A stretch of 64,000 nt of DNA from Stegostoma tigrinum (lineage: Eukaryota): contig NC_081362.1 of assembly GCF_030684315.1 (NCBI RefSeq), positions 96,641,187 through 96,705,186 of the forward strand, written 5' to 3'. The notes under the pieces are model-generated. The model saw nothing but the letters and a program-made list of their open reading frames with translations, was not told the DNA's origin and made no database searches. Shown here one piece after another: positions 13,561 to 27,949 of the stretch (within the stretch, counting starts at the first letter, position 1; each line of letters starts with the position of its first letter). Both the position numbers and the translations under genes were made by a program.

Positions 13561-14419
13561 GTAATGTAGGGATTACATGACAATCTCCTTCAGCAATAAT
13601 CTGTTGCCCAATGAATGAATTGGACATCAGTTTGTGACCAAGAACATTGAGGAGGTGAGAAGAGTGATACTGGTGATGGATTCACCGTGAGGAGGAATCT
13701 AAGCTCAGCAACTATTTTCAATAGTTTTGTGAGATGTGGGTGTCACTTTCTGGGACAGCACTTATTGCCCATCTTTAATTGGTCTTGATAAGATGGTAGT
13801 GAGCTGCCTTTTTGAACGACTGCACTGACACATTGGTTGCTGTTGCTGGTGTTAGATTGGGCTCCAACACAGTCTATTCAGACCCTGTTAATTTTTTTTT
13901 TCAAAAGCTGTGATCAGAATTGAATTGAATGTTGGGATTCCCCAAGTTCTGACATGAATTTGCTTATCTGGTAAAATTTAATGACTGTGTTCCCCATTCA
14001 AAAATGATCTGTCCTTGGAATTTCATGAGCTAATTTGTGAAATGTTATTCTGATCCTCAGATGGCATGACCACCTGTTGAACCACTATCCATTCCTCATC
14101 GCTTGGTATTAGGAGTGGATTCTATTTCTTCATTCATACATTGTCTTTCAAGATAAAATACTCAGGGATTGTTTCTGATTCTGTTTCTAAGGAGGCTGTT
14201 CGATAAAATTCTCTCAATTCCAGTTCCATTTGTTGTATTTCAGCTGAGGAATATATTCTGAATGTATCAGCCTCATTCTCTTTAACTTCATTCTTTCAGG
14301 TACACTTTTGAAAAATGAATTTTATAACTGAAATTTCAAATCAACTCACTGTTTTCTTGATTGCTTTTCCATGTATGAGCCTGAGATCTAGTCACAACAC
14401 AGGGCGACCCTCTTGGCAT

Positions 14420-15600
14420 TTCAGTGTATTTCAACTCCACTTATTTTTCAATCACCCCTGTGCGAGGCTAATGTTCTTGAACCTGCCTGGTCATTTCCCA
14501 AAATATTATTGATTCTCCCAATAGGAATATGTTGCACACCTTCCACTATAACATCACCATTGACCAAATCACTCGATAATCCACCTCTCTCTGAACAGAC
14601 TGGTTTGTAATCTCCACAAAAGCCTCCAATAAATATCTTCTTCATTAATCCTTTTGGAAGACAAACAGGACCCTCAGGCAGCATCAGCGACTGACTTGTC
14701 ATTTTGTTTCTGAAGGTATTTGTTGGTTGATCTCCTTCCTTTGAAGCCGAAATATTCATCTTTGAGATACAGTACACAGACCTTCCGGTGGCCTCACTTC
14801 CCTTGGTCATATCCAAAGACAAGTCTCAGGGCTGTCCTGAGCTCCCTCATTATCATTAGTGCGTTCAAAGGATCATGTTCTCCCTGTCCTACTCTGTCAT
14901 CATAATAACTAATTATCTTTGCAATGCCCCCTTCTCTAAAGATTCCTTCGACATTCCTATGACTGCAATCAGTGTCCCGTTTTCCTTTCAGCAATTGACA
15001 TAACGGCAGCATTCAACAAACACATGGAAGGCAATCAAGGGATACAGATCCTGTAAGTGAAGGCAGTTTAGTATGGAAGGGCAAAATGTGTCAGTGTAGA
15101 CTTGATGAGCTGAAGGGTCTGTTTCTGTGCTGTGGTTTTTTTTATTCTTTGTTCGTTGGTGTGTCTCATAACATTACAATAGAAACATGCTCCTTTATGT
15201 GGTTGCCACCTTTCTCCTTTATGGGAATAACAACTTTCTGGCTCTTCTCCATAACTTGATGCACTTTCAGCAGATTTTTACTTCCACCAATTTCTTTGAG
15301 GATATCCTGATGACTATTTTGCCTCCCTAACTGTCTGTGGGAGACACCTTAGGGAACTGCCTGAACTCCCGCCTCACTCATCCTGAATGTTTCATCATCA
15401 TTAAAACAAGATTTTCAGTTTTGTGAAATCTTTCATGATTCCATTCTCATTAATCTGAGTGTAGCAGTGGGATCTGTATCCTTGACCCTCACATCTTGCC
15501 TTCTCCTATACCAATTTCAAGGACAGTTTCTTTCTTGTAGTAACGATATTCAATTGTTAGATTTGACTTGATAGATCCAGTTGATATACATTGAAATGCC
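14420..15600 (-). mobile_element. Decayed Gypsy-type LTR retrotransposon gag/protease relic
   Basis: SQSLML...SDLVNGDVIVEGVQHIPIGRINNILGNDQAG resembles the retropepsin region of vertebrate Gypsy elements; a paralogous copy at about 21830-22450 reads KILGNTGQSQSLML. Confidence 0.6.
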
Positions 15601-16364
15601 ACAGGAGAAATGTCCTATGTTGTGACTAGATCTCAGGCTCATAGAGTGAGGTACATGGAAAAGCGATCTATAAACAGTGAGTTGATTTGAAATTTCAGTT
15701 ATAAAATTCATTTTTCAAAAGTGTACCTGAAAGAATGAAGTTAATGGACAATTTTCCATCCCCAACCTTGTATGCCTTCTGGAGAGGCCACTCTCTCCGG
15801 TGTAAATCTGGACCCCCTGCGGGATCTCTCAATTCCAAGGTGAGTCAATGAGCACTCACAGTCGGTCTGGCTGTTTAAGACTTTACTCTTTATTTCTTCA
15901 ATCGGCCGGGTACAGATCATCCAGAAAACACAGAAGTTGAGCACTTCCGTATTCCTCGGAGGAGCTGCACACCACAGGTTAATACAAAGACATTTTCATA
16001 CTTTTCTTAAAGCAGGATACATGGCATGATTGCATAGCGTATTCAAACAATTACCAACCAATACATGATATTGCTTCATTGATAGTTACATAATCCAATA
16101 GTATTAACTGGTAAACAACTTATGTCACAATGCTGAGGTTACTTTTTGTCTCACCATAGAGCGCCATAACATTCGCTACTGAAGGTCAGCTAGAATGGTT
16201 AGTGCTGCATTATCTTATCATTACTGTGTTACTTATGCAGCTCTAGCAAAACTCAGAGTTCCCAGGATAAAACAGCAGCTCTAGCAGAATTTACAGTTCC
16301 CAGGCTAGAAGCCATTGTGTTGCTAACTTGCACTGAGAAGCCATCTTGTGCCTGTATGCAAGTT

Positions 16365-17200
16365 TCAGATTCTCTCCACGACTCCCTTGGCCACTCCACA
16401 CTCCACTCCAACCCCACCACACCCGGCACCTTCCCCTGCAACCGCAGGAAATGCTACACTTGCCCCCACACCACCTCCCTCACCCCCATCCCAGGCCCCA
16501 AGATGACTTTCCATACTAAGCAGATGTTCACCTGCACATCTGCCAATGTGTTGTACTGCATCAGCTGTACCCGTTGTGGCTTCCTCTACATTGGGGAAAC
16601 CAAGCGGAGGCTTGGGGACCGCTTTGCAGAACACCTCCGCTCGGTTCGCAATAAACAACTGCACCTCTCAGTCGCGAACCATTTCCACTCCCCCTCCCAT
16701 TCTCTTGATGACATGTCCATCATGGGCCTCCTGCAATGCCACAATGATGCCACCTGAAGGTTGCAGGAACAGCAACTCATATTCCGCTTGGGAACCCTGC
16801 AGCCCAATGGTATCAATGTAGACTTCACAAGCTTCAAATGCTCCCCTCCCCCCACAGCATCCCAAAACCAGCCCAACTCGTCCCCACCTCCCTAACCTGT
16901 TCTTCCTCTCACCTGTCCCTTCCTCCCACCTCAGGCTGCACCTCCATTTCCTAACTACTAACCTCATCCCGCCCCCTTGACCTGTCCATCCTCCCCGGAC
17001 TGGCCTATCTCCTCTCCATCTGCCCACCTACACTCACCTCTACAGGCTGCATCCCTGCCTCTTTAACTTGTCTGTCAACTCTTCACCTATCTTCTCCTCT
17101 ATCCACCTTCGATCCGCCTTCCCCTCTCTGCCGATTTATTTCAGAACCCAACCCCAATCCCTCTTTCCTGATGAAGGGTTCCGACCGGAAACTTCAACTT
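16365..17200 (+). mobile_element. Penelope-like element, 3' part (GIY-YIG endonuclease)
   Basis: PCNRRKCYTC..FTCTSANVLYCISCTRCGFLYIGETKRRLGDRFAEHL, followed by a C-rich tail and a hammerhead-like terminus. Confidence 0.9.
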
Positions 17201-17859
17201 TTGTCGACCCACTGCAACATCTGCGCATTGCTCTGTCCTGGGCTGACGCGATCGGGATTTCCTCAACCGCAGGGACTTCTGGGTGTAGCAGCAGCCATTG
17301 ACATACGCATAACCAATAGAAATTTTTCCTGTTATGGAGTCGGATGGTCAGATAATTACCTCCGAAAATAACTTATCGTATCGCCATCTCAAACTGATGT
17401 GATAATTTAGCACACCGCTTCCTTCGGTTAAAGTCTAACAGCATTGTCACAACACAATTCTTGCTGAGGCTGTGGTGACAAAGCAGGTGAGAAAATGCTG
17501 AGAATTGATGAAAAGTTATTGGATCAACTATTGTTTTTCGAAGCTGACAGGATACCGGGAGCAGATGAAATGTATCCACTGATACTCAATAAAGTGAAAG
17601 GGGGCACTTTAGTGACATTGGCCTTAATCTCCCAGCTCGCGCCTAACTCAATAGAAGTACCAAAAGAATGGAGATTCGAAAACATCATGCTCTTTTGCAC
17701 AAAAGATTGTAAAGTTAAGCACAGCTATTATAGACCGATCAGTGATTATTAGTGAATCAACTATTTTAGAAGGAATTCGTCATAACATGGAAAAATTTGG
17801 TTTGAAAAGGAACTGTGAGCAGATAGAGCGGTACGGTGGGATAGGGGCGGGAGTGCAGA

Positions 17860-19570
17860 ATGAGGGCGCCAGAGGGATTGATAAACAGTGGGTGAAGGAG
17901 ATAGGGGGATGTTGAAAAAAAAAGGTGAGATAAAAGAGAGACATTGAGAAATATTTGGAAAACGTGAGAGACAGAGAGAGGACCATAGACAGAGAAATAA
18001 GAACAAGATAGATTGAAGAGTGATAAAAGGCAAGCAGGACGAGTGTGAAACAGAAAATAAATAAAGAAAAGCAGCAGGATAAACAAGTTTTGCCCATCAC
18101 ACTAATGGAAGACTGGAATTACTATGAGGGTCTGCAAAGGAGAATCACCAGGATGTTGCCTGAGATGGAATATTTCAAATGTGAATAGAGGTGAAAAATT
18201 TGGGTTACTTTCTTTCTGCAGAGAAGATTCGGGTGGGATAGAGGTGCATAAGATTATGAAGGGCAAAGACAGGGTGATAAGAAAACAGCTGTTCACATTA
18301 GTCAAAGGATCAGTAACAATGGGGCATAACTTTAAAGTGAAAGCCAGGAAGCTCAGAAGGGATTTGAGAAAAGTTTTACTTTATTCGGAGGATGGGGTTA
18401 TCTGGAATGCATTGCCTAAGAAGCTGACTGAGGGGGGAATTACAGAAATTCAAAAATAACTTGGATAAGCACTTGAAGTGTCACACCTTTTCATGATTGA
18501 GGGGTTGATAACTTGTCTAATGCATGAAAGTGTATGTAAGATACATTTTTGGTAGGGCAGGACCAATGGGATGAAATGCCTTTTGTATCCTGTGTGAATA
18601 TATGAGTATTTAGATTAATTTGGAGGCACGTGGTGGGGTGCGAGGGGCACAGAGGGCTGAGTGGAGGCTTACTGGTTATCACTAGACTATTAATCCAGAA
18701 AATCAACTAATGTTCTGAGCACCCGTGTTCAAACCCCACCACAGCAGATGGTGAAAAAACAAAGCTGCCAAAAAAGCTCAGCAGGTCTGGCAGCATCTGT
18801 GGAGAAGAAAACAGAGCTAACATTTCGGGTCCATTGATCCTTCCTCAGAACTGATCGTGGCTGAGAAAATATCAGTTTATATGCAGAAAATAGGGAGGTG
18901 TTTGGGGTAGGGAGTAAATGATAGGATAGAGCCCAAAGAGAGTGAAAGACAGTTGGACAGACAAAGGAGTTGCTCACAATAAGGCTGGAAGGGTGAACAG
19001 CTGTTAATGGGGACTGTTAGTGACTAACAACAGGGGGTAAGTAGTGGCAGGCTATGTGGTAACAAGGTGTGTGGGGTGGGGGAATGGGACATGGGAGATT
19101 CTAGCCCTAAAATTATTGAACTCAATATTGACTCCAGAGGGCTGTAGGTTCCCCAAGCGGAAGATAAGGTGGAAGTGGGAAACTCTGTTTTCTCCTCCTC
19201 AGATGCTGCCAGACCTGCTGAGCTTTTCCAACAACTTTGTTTTTGTTCCTAATTTATAGCATTTGCAGTTCTTTTGATTTTTATTTAGCATATGGTGCAA
19301 TTTGTTTTCAAAGAAATTCTGGAAATGAGAATCCAGTGATTACCAGAAATCAATAGCTGGTTTTCAGAAAAAAAAAATCTGGTTGACCAATATTCCTTCA
19401 GGAAGGAAATTACCTCTTCATAAGGTCTAACCTACTCCTGAGCCAAAACAATGTGGTTGACTCTTAACTGTCCTTTGGGTAATTGATGATTGCCAATAAA
19501 TGTTAGCCAGCTAGCAAAACCCTTATCCAATCAAGGAATAAAAAAGAAACTCACTCAGCCATTGCCTTCA
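17860..19570 (+). repeat. Segmental duplication, inverted copy at about 28990-31380
   Basis: The same mosaic of different repeats occurs in reverse order; six-frame ORFs pair up nearly identically (18102-18305 minus vs 30265-30468 plus; 19044-19259 plus vs 29313-29522 minus). Confidence 0.9.
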
Positions 19571-21027
19571 AGCCAGGGGATCATCCAGGGAATTCTTTAA
19601 GGACATGACTTGCATAGTGGACAATGGGGAACCTGTGGATCTGATGTATCTGGATTTCCAGAAGGCATTCGACAAGGTGCCACACCAAAGCGTGATACAT
19701 AAGATAAAGTTGCAGTTTTACAGGTAATATATTGACATGGATAGAGGATTGCTTGACCAGCAGAAAGCAAAGAGTAGGGGTAAATGGATGTTTTTCTGGT
19801 TGGCGGTCAATGGCTAGTGGTGTCCCTCCATGATCAGTGTAGGACTGAGGTCAGGAGGAACTTCTTCACCAAAAGGGTTGTGAATCTGTGGAATTCTCTG
19901 CCTAGTGAAGCGGTTGAAGATACCTCACTGAATGTTTTTAAAGCAAGACTAGATAAATTTTTGAACAGTAACGCAATTCAAAGTTGTAGTGAGTGGGCGG
20001 GTAAGTGGAGCTGAGCCTCAAAAAGACACCCACAGTCTTATTAAATGGCGGGACAGGTTCGAGGGGCCAGATGGCCTAATCCTGTATCTAGTTCTTATGT
20101 TCTTATCTCTTAATCCCTTTGGACATCATTATTAATTTAGACATTATTCCAAACCTGCTCCGTAGTTTATGTGTTCCTACTTTTGAGTTGTTGGTGTCCC
20201 TGAACCTTAACATTCCTCTCTGACATTTTGTTCTGCTTCCCAGACCCTCGCCAAGTCAGTTTATCCCCAGTCCCAACAAAATCAGCCAGACATCAGCTCA
20301 TGAGGACTGGCTCTGTTTAGGTGCAGTCGCTCTGTTTTCTCTAGGTGTTTTCTTTCAAGCATCCCCAGAATCACTGGTGAATGAATTTCATATCCTCCCC
20401 AGTCCTGCACCATCTGTCAAGATACCCATCCACGTGCTTGATCCTTCTATTGATCTACTCAACTGTCCAGGTACTAAGAGGAGATGTTGATTCCTTCCTG
20501 AGCTTCCTAAACTCTGACTGCTCGAGCACAACGCTCTTTCTGCTTCTCTTATTGGAATCAATGTGGATTAGGACTGCTGACTGTTCACTCTCAACAATCC
20601 CCTCCTCCTCAGAAGTGATCTCCCGTCCCTCAGTAATATCATTGACAATGTGACTAGGTAGACAACACCATCAATGATTCCTGCCTGTGGCTGCAGCAAC
20701 ATCTTTCTATTCCTCTGAATATTGAATCCCATGTCATACACTTTTCCACTCAACATCATAAGCTCCTGATATAGCTGGGGTTCCCACGGTAACATTGACT
20801 CATCTCCCCCGGGGAGTCATTGTCCACATCATTCCCAAAGCAGAATACTGGCTGGAGAGTGAGGTACACACAGCAGGGCACTGTGCACATGGCAGTGGGA
20901 GGGGTGTGAGGATGCAGGCTCAGGGAACAGTGATCAGTCTGAGGAATGCAATGAGCAGGATGGGGAGGGAATGTTGGATTTTTCCAGAAAATGCTGCAGT
21001 ATCTGAGCAATGAGTTGGTCACCAGAC

Positions 21028-21327
21028 CAGTCTTTATGCCTCGAATAGGTGACTGAAAATCACATTGCTCAGTTGCAGTGCACCATGAGGAATGTAACAG
21101 TGACACAAAACACCTTTAAATCGTACCAACAAAACCAGGGTTCCATAAGGTGAGAATTTTAACAACGGAGCCCAAGATTCACTCAGTAAATCTATGCTTC
21201 CAGAGGACCCCTCCACTAACAGCTTCATTCTGACAATCACAAATGTGCAGCCCAGTGACAATGGGGTCTATTATAGCTCAGAGTGAAGAAGGATCTACAG
21301 GATAGGAAGCAAGCTCATTGTAAACAA
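21028..21327 (+). pseudogene. Degenerate V exon, paralogue of V1/V2
   Basis: ...VTENHIAQLQCTMRNVTVT... NSFILTITNVQPSDNGVYYS(Cys lost)SE*RRIYRIGSKLIVN. Several stops; donor lost. Confidence 0.85.
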
Positions 21328-24300
21328 TGAGTACAGGTTACATGATTACCACTTACAATTATAACCTCTTGTGAAGTGAATGAGTTGGAGATCAGTTTGT
21401 GATTTTCTTGAATTCCCTGTGATTTCCTAATTACTAAAAGTGCTGTTATTGGAATTTCATGAGTCAGTTTGTAAATTTTCATTCTTTTCCTCAGATGGGG
21501 ACTCTGTTTACTCATTCATACTTTGTCTTTCAAGAACTAACACTCAGGGATTGTTTCAGATTCCATTTCTGAGGAGACTGATCAATCTCTTTCAATTCAG
21601 GATCCGTGTGTTTCATTTCTGTTAAAGAAGATATTCTGAGCATCTCAGCCTCATTTTGTTCACCTTCATTCGGTTCAGTTAAACTTTTGAAAATTAATTC
21701 CAAATCAACTCAGTCATAGACTTATTCCATGGTTCTAAATCTAATGAGCCTGAGATCTAGTCATAACACAGTCAGGAAACAATCCAGGATGTTCCTCCTG
21801 TAATATTTCAGTTTATTTCACGTCCACTTGTTGTTCCACCACCAATAGTGAGGCTAATATTTTTTAACGTGCCAGGTCATTCCCCAAAACATAATAAAAT
21901 CCTTTGTTCAGAATATGTTTTACTCCTTTCACTGCAACCTACCCTTTCCATTTAACAAGTCACTTTTAATCCAACTCCCTGTAACTATAACCTCCCTGAA
22001 TGCCTCCAACTAATATTTTATGCTCCATTAACCCCTCTGGAAGACAAAGACGACAATTAGGCAGCATCAGTGACTGACTTTGTCCAGTGTTTCCCAAGAT
22101 CTTTCTTGGTTTCCCTCCTTGCTTTGAAGCTGAAGGAAATGTAAAACTCAGATCCTCCAGTGGTCTCATTCTCCTTGTTTATATTTAAAGACAAATTCTC
22201 AGGACTGTCCTGAGTTTGCCCTCCCTCATTCGTGATTTCAAAGCATTTGTATCCACTCTGTCCTACCATATTGGCAGAACACTCATTTGCTTTTGTTATG
22301 TACATTTTTCTGAAAATTCTTTCAATATTCCTACGATGTAATCAATCTCCCACTTAAATTCCAGCAATTAGCTTTAGTATGTCTAGTCTTACAAAGATAG
22401 GAGTATGTTAATTTTCATCAATTGCTTTGTGGTTCCAACATTTCTCCTTTATTTGTTTAAAATATTTCTATCTGTTCCAGAATATAAGACTATAAGACTG
22501 TCTGAAATAGGAACAAGAATAGGTCATTCACTCCCTTCTCCACCATTCAATCGAATCATGACTGCTTCAACACTTCCATATCCACTTTCCTGCATTTTAC
22601 CCGAAACACTTGATTCCCCAGCTGATCAAAAATATACCTATCCACTTTCCTGCCCTTTACTGGTATCTGAACAGAAATGTATCATTCTCGGATTTAAATA
22701 TACACAATGACTCTGTCCCCACAGCTCTCTGTGGTAAGGAAGTCCAAATACTTAGCCCCGTGAGAGAAGAAATTCTTCATCATCTCCGGCATAAATTGTT
22801 GTCTCTTGATTCTGAGATGAAAACTGCAGCCACTATCTCTGTAGCCCCCTCTTTTCGGATTGTAGGATGCTAGCCATCCGGGCCAAAGGATGTATCTGCC
22901 TTTAGTCCTTTATTTATAAAAACACAACTTCTCTATTAATGATGATCATATTAAATTTCTGCTTCATATCCTTTAGAGTTTGTGGGAAAATTAAAGCACA
23001 TCCCACATTTCAGACTCATGTAAAATATGTGTCTAACACCTCTGCCATTCCTGTTCTCCAAGTCTTTCTCCCCAGATTCATTTTCTCAGTGACATCTGTG
23101 CACTTTGACTTCTGTCATCATTTTTACATATTTAATGAAGATCCTAGCATCAGTTTTTATGTTACTCACTAGTTTTCCATCAGTTTATTTTATTTTCTCT
23201 GACTTTACTTTCTTTTTAATTCTCAAAAGCAAAGAACTTGAGTCTCCTCTTTGATATCTCTCCCCAACAAGTACCTTCCCTGTGTCCTTACCCCAACCCA
23301 CACACACTCGGGTCTTGTCATTAAATGGACTGCTACAACACACATGATGAAGGGTCTAGGCCCGAAACGTCAGCTTTTGTGCTCCTGAGATGCTGCTGGG
23401 CCTGCTGTGTTCATCCATCCTCACATTTTATTATCTATGCTAGAACACACAACCCATTGTCAGCCACTAATGGAATCCATTAACAGTGATTCATTTTCCC
23501 GGGCTGACCTCACTCGACCACTGATTCAATTTGAAGTAGGGTCAGTTTGTTCATGATCTCTACAGCTTCAGCTCTCATCAATGCAGGGAGCAAGAATTTA
23601 AAACTATTTAGACAGCTCAAGGGCAGGGGCTTTTTCAGCATTACCTCCTGAATTCCTTTACCTGCCTCACTCACAGTCACACCGTCTTTTCTTTGACTAC
23701 TGATTCAAATTGAGGTGGTTAATGTATTTGATTCCCTCTTGGAACAAAGTCCAGGTAACTATCACACTCCCTGTTGTGTCAATGTTTGTCATTCAGACTC
23801 CAGTTTATCAACTCTGAGCCAGATGTTCCTCAAGCAACCAATACTTGCTTCAGATGCAGTCATGATGAACCACATGGGGGCCCACCAGCCTTCAGATCAT
23901 GCGGTTACAACACATCAGCTGAGCCAACACACTATGTTGTTATCTTAGCATTTTTTAAAATTTCCAACTGGTCTTTCAACTTGTAACCTGTCAAACATTT
24001 ATTGTATTGACCTTTAACCTAAAATTAGCTTCAAATCAATTTTAATGAGCAGATATTGCCAATCCATGATATTTCGGTTTCTTGTGATATCAGTCTTCGT
24101 TTTGTGCTGGATCCCTGATCCTGGGTTTCAATTTATACTGTTCAAAAAAAAACTTGACATACTATGATCCAATAAGCAAGATGCCCTCTGCACTGAAATC
24201 CCACACTGCTCCAAAATCCCACAATGGTACATTCATTAGGGCTTTGTCTCTCTCTGGATGTGATCTCTCCTTCCTGACCATGTGAAATATACCGATCTTC

Positions 24301-25048
24301 CATGATGACAATTTCCCTTGCATTCACATTTATTTTCTGTATCTGAGTTATCAAAATCCCTGACCCTTGCTTTCTCCATTGGTGATTCAACAAATGCCCA
24401 GTTGGATGCCTTTCTTTTAGTGTTACTTTTCAAATGATAGATCTGACTTGATGGATCTGAGTTTCAGTACATTTATTCAACGAGATGGTCTTTCACTGTG
24501 ACATAATCACACAGCATTGCAGCTTTGCTTTCAACAACAGACAGAAGTTTATTGCACAACAGACAAAATAGAATAAGCCAAGCTATTTACATACAGTACA
24601 ATTCAACAAAATTATGAAATACATGGAAACAATAAAATTCCTGACACCATCCTTTTCAGTATTCATCTGGAAGCCAATGTAATGGTCACACTGGAGTTCA
24701 ATTTCAGTTGGACAAGAACAGAGTTGCTGGAAAAGCTCAGCAGGTCTGGCAGCATCTGTGGAGGAGAAAACAGAGTTAATGTTTCGAGTCTGGTGGACAA
24801 GGTAAGTCAGAGCAGTTTGCATCATTTCCAAGTTTCCATTGTTTTACTTTTGAATTCATATTGAAGCATTTAATAATGATTGGTTAATTCTTTATTTCAA
24901 TGAACTCTTTTTAAAAGGTCTTGTTTTATTTTAACTAATTAATGCCACCTGTTCACTGTTACGATCTGTCCTTTCTTTTTAACTCTAAAATAGAGATCTT
25001 CACAATCTTCAGAACAGTTTTAAATTATTCACTGCTTTTCTCTTAAAG

Positions 25049-25213
25049 GTGTCCCAATCCTTCTCCACTTTCTGTTCCTGGAATGTGTTACTGAGGGTCA
25101 CACTGCCTGGGTACTGTGCGCCATGATGGCACCGGAATTAATCAGGGAAGGGCACGGACTGTGTTTTAACACGTTTGAAGAACATCACACAATAAAGCCC
25201 AAGGTTCACTGAG
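25049..25213 (+). pseudogene. 5' half of a degenerate V exon
   Basis: Acceptor ttttctcttaaag|GTGT is nearly identical to that of V2. PILLHFLFLECVTEGHTAWVLCAM, then deletions, then ...KNITQ*SPRFTE; 3' half is missing. Confidence 0.75.
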
Positions 25214-26216
25214 TCTTCTGTCTCTATTTGGTTTTGTTTCATTCATTCTTGGCATGTGGCTGTCACTGGCTGGGCCAGAACTTGTTGTTCACCTCGAATG
25301 GTCCTTGGGAAGAAATGTCTTCATCCAGAGAGCAGTGACAATAAAGGCTGTGACAATAAAACTAATTCAATTCAATACTGGGTCCACATGCACCACTGCT
25401 ATCACTGTCCCTTTATCCTCATTGCTTTCTCAATCATGCAAAGATAAATGAATGAAATAAATTATATTTCCTGCATGATGACACTGTATTACTTTAATAT
25501 CTATCGATTTGACATGTGACATTAATCTTTGTGAAGTATCACACTTACTGCCTCCCTCCATGAGCTTTGTGCATTTCCAGCTATACAGCATGACAGTAGA
25601 GAAAGAGGCCATTCGGCCCATCGAGTCAACATCAACCCTTCAAACAGCATCACACTCAGACACAGCCACCTACCCATCCTCTTGACCTCCCATTTCCCAT
25701 GGCCAATCTACCTAACCTGTATATCTTGGGACTGTGGGAGGAAACCGGATTGCCCAGAGGAAACTCATGCAGACACATGAAGAATGTGCAAACTCCACAC
25801 AGACAGTCACCGGAGAACATGCATTCCTGCTGTCAGTCTATTCACATTATCATTTCACTGATGGGAAATTAGCAAGAAATTTAATTCTCATATTTTCTGC
25901 CCTGTTCCGGACAAAATTTGAATTTGCTCCAATCAGATTTACAACACCATTGAGCCAAATTACAACAATTACTGGGTTCCATAATTTAGTTTCATGCCAA
26001 AAACAAGCCTGTATTTGCCAACCCAAACATAGCCTGATACTGCCTGACAAAAACATATCACATTGCATCATTACGACAGGCAGATATTCTTTATTCAATG
26101 TATGTGAGTGGGTACACATTTTATCTGAGAACATGAAGTGCATTCTCTGCTGGCCTCACAATTCACTTAACTTGACCCTGTGTCTTCGTTTTATTTGGTC
26201 CATCTCCCTGACTGCA

Positions 26217-26248
<32 letters not shown>

Positions 26249-27100
26249 ACACACACACACACACAGTATCCACATTCATCTACACACAAGCAGTGTTCAC
26301 ACATCAAAAACGCACATGCAACATGCACACTGACCTACACACACGTGCACACAATACACAGACAACAAATACAACACTGTGGCTCAGTGTTAGCACTGCT
26401 GCCTCACAGTGCCAGGGACCTGGGTTTGATTCCAGTGTGGAATTTGCACATTCTCCCCATGTCTCTGTGGGTGTCTCTGTGGGTTTCCTCTGGGTGCTCT
26501 GGTTTCCTCCCACAGTCTGAAGATGTGCAAGATAAGTGGATTTGCTGTGCTAAATTGCACATAGCGCCCAGGGATGTTTAGGTTAGGTGGGTTAAACAAG
26601 GGAAATGTAGGGGTAGGGGAATGGATCTAGTGGAGTACTTTTCAGAGGGGTGGTGTGGACATGTTGGGCCAAATAGCCTGTTTCCATACTGTAGGGATTC
26701 TATGAAATACACTCATGTCCACACACACCAACAATCATCCACATACGAAACACACACGTAACATACAAATACTTGTACACACACACATACCTTCACTCAC
26801 ATACACACACATACAACGTAGACACACATGTGCACACACCATCTCTCTCACACACACACCCTCATGTATACACATGCCATAACACACACACACCAACATC
26901 TGCATGCTGTTAGACATACATGTATTCTCCCTCATATACATACATAAAGGCAGTTATGTACAGACATAGGTACACTCAAAGCACAAAAAGTGCTCATGTA
27001 AACATATACATACATATGATGAGAAACACACAAACAAACTCTCAGACACACAAATGCACGCATATAATTTCACACATCTGCACACAAACATACACACACT
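26217..27100 (+). repeat. (CA)n microsatellite and CA-rich low-complexity tract, interrupted by a SINE
   Basis: Near-pure CA at 26217-26263; degenerate CA/CATA to about 27100. Confidence 0.9.
26375..26704 (+). mobile_element. HE1-like SINE
   Basis: Same head and tail as the 12741 copy; further minus-strand copies at about 25590-25810, 27100-27412 and 56920-57225. Confidence 0.85.
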
Positions 27101-27949
27101 CGTAGAATTCCTACAGTGTGGAAACAGGCCATTCAGCCCATCGAGTGCACATTGACACTCTGAAGAGCATCCTACCTAAAACTATATCATAATTCTATCC
27201 CTGCATTTCCATGGCTAATCCACCTAGCTCGAACATCCTCGGACACTATGGACAATGTAACATGGCTAATCCACTTAACCTGCACATCTTTGGACAATGG
27301 GAGGAAATTCATTCAGAGACGGGGAGAATGTGCAAACTCCATATAAACAGTGGCCCCAGAATGGATTCCAACACGGGTCCCTGTGAGGGAGCAGTGCTAA
27401 CCACTGAACCACAGCAAAATACACCACAACTCATGCACACCAATGCATATACTCGCTCAGAAAAATAAACACACACCCATAGGCACACGAAAGCACAAAA
27501 ATCAACTTTGTTTGTGATTGGCCCGCATCCAAAATAATTGTCACCGTTCAAGATATTTGTGTCTTTTGTTTAGAAAATTGTAAATCTTACTCACTACCTG
27601 TTAGTCATAGAGTTATACAGCAGGGAAACGGACCTTTCAGTCCAACTCATTAATGCTGACTCGATATCCTCAACTGACCAAGTATCATTTGGCAGCATTT
27701 GGCCCACTTCCCTCTAAACATTTCTAATTCATGTAAACATCCAGATACCTCCAGCAACTTGTCAAAAAACGTACCACCCTTCACATTGCCCCTTAGATCC
27801 CATTGAAACCCTTCTCCTCTCACCCTAAACTCATGCCCTCTACTTTTGGAAACCCTGACCCTTGGATAAAGAGCTCAGCTATTCACTGTTTCCATGCCCC
27901 TCATGATTTTGCAAACTTCTACAAGGTCACTCCTCAGACACCGACATTA

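Noticed and set aside
25734-26581. 199-aa and 133-aa ORFs
   Set aside because: They run through SINE and (CA)n sequence, which is depleted of stop codons; no protein features.
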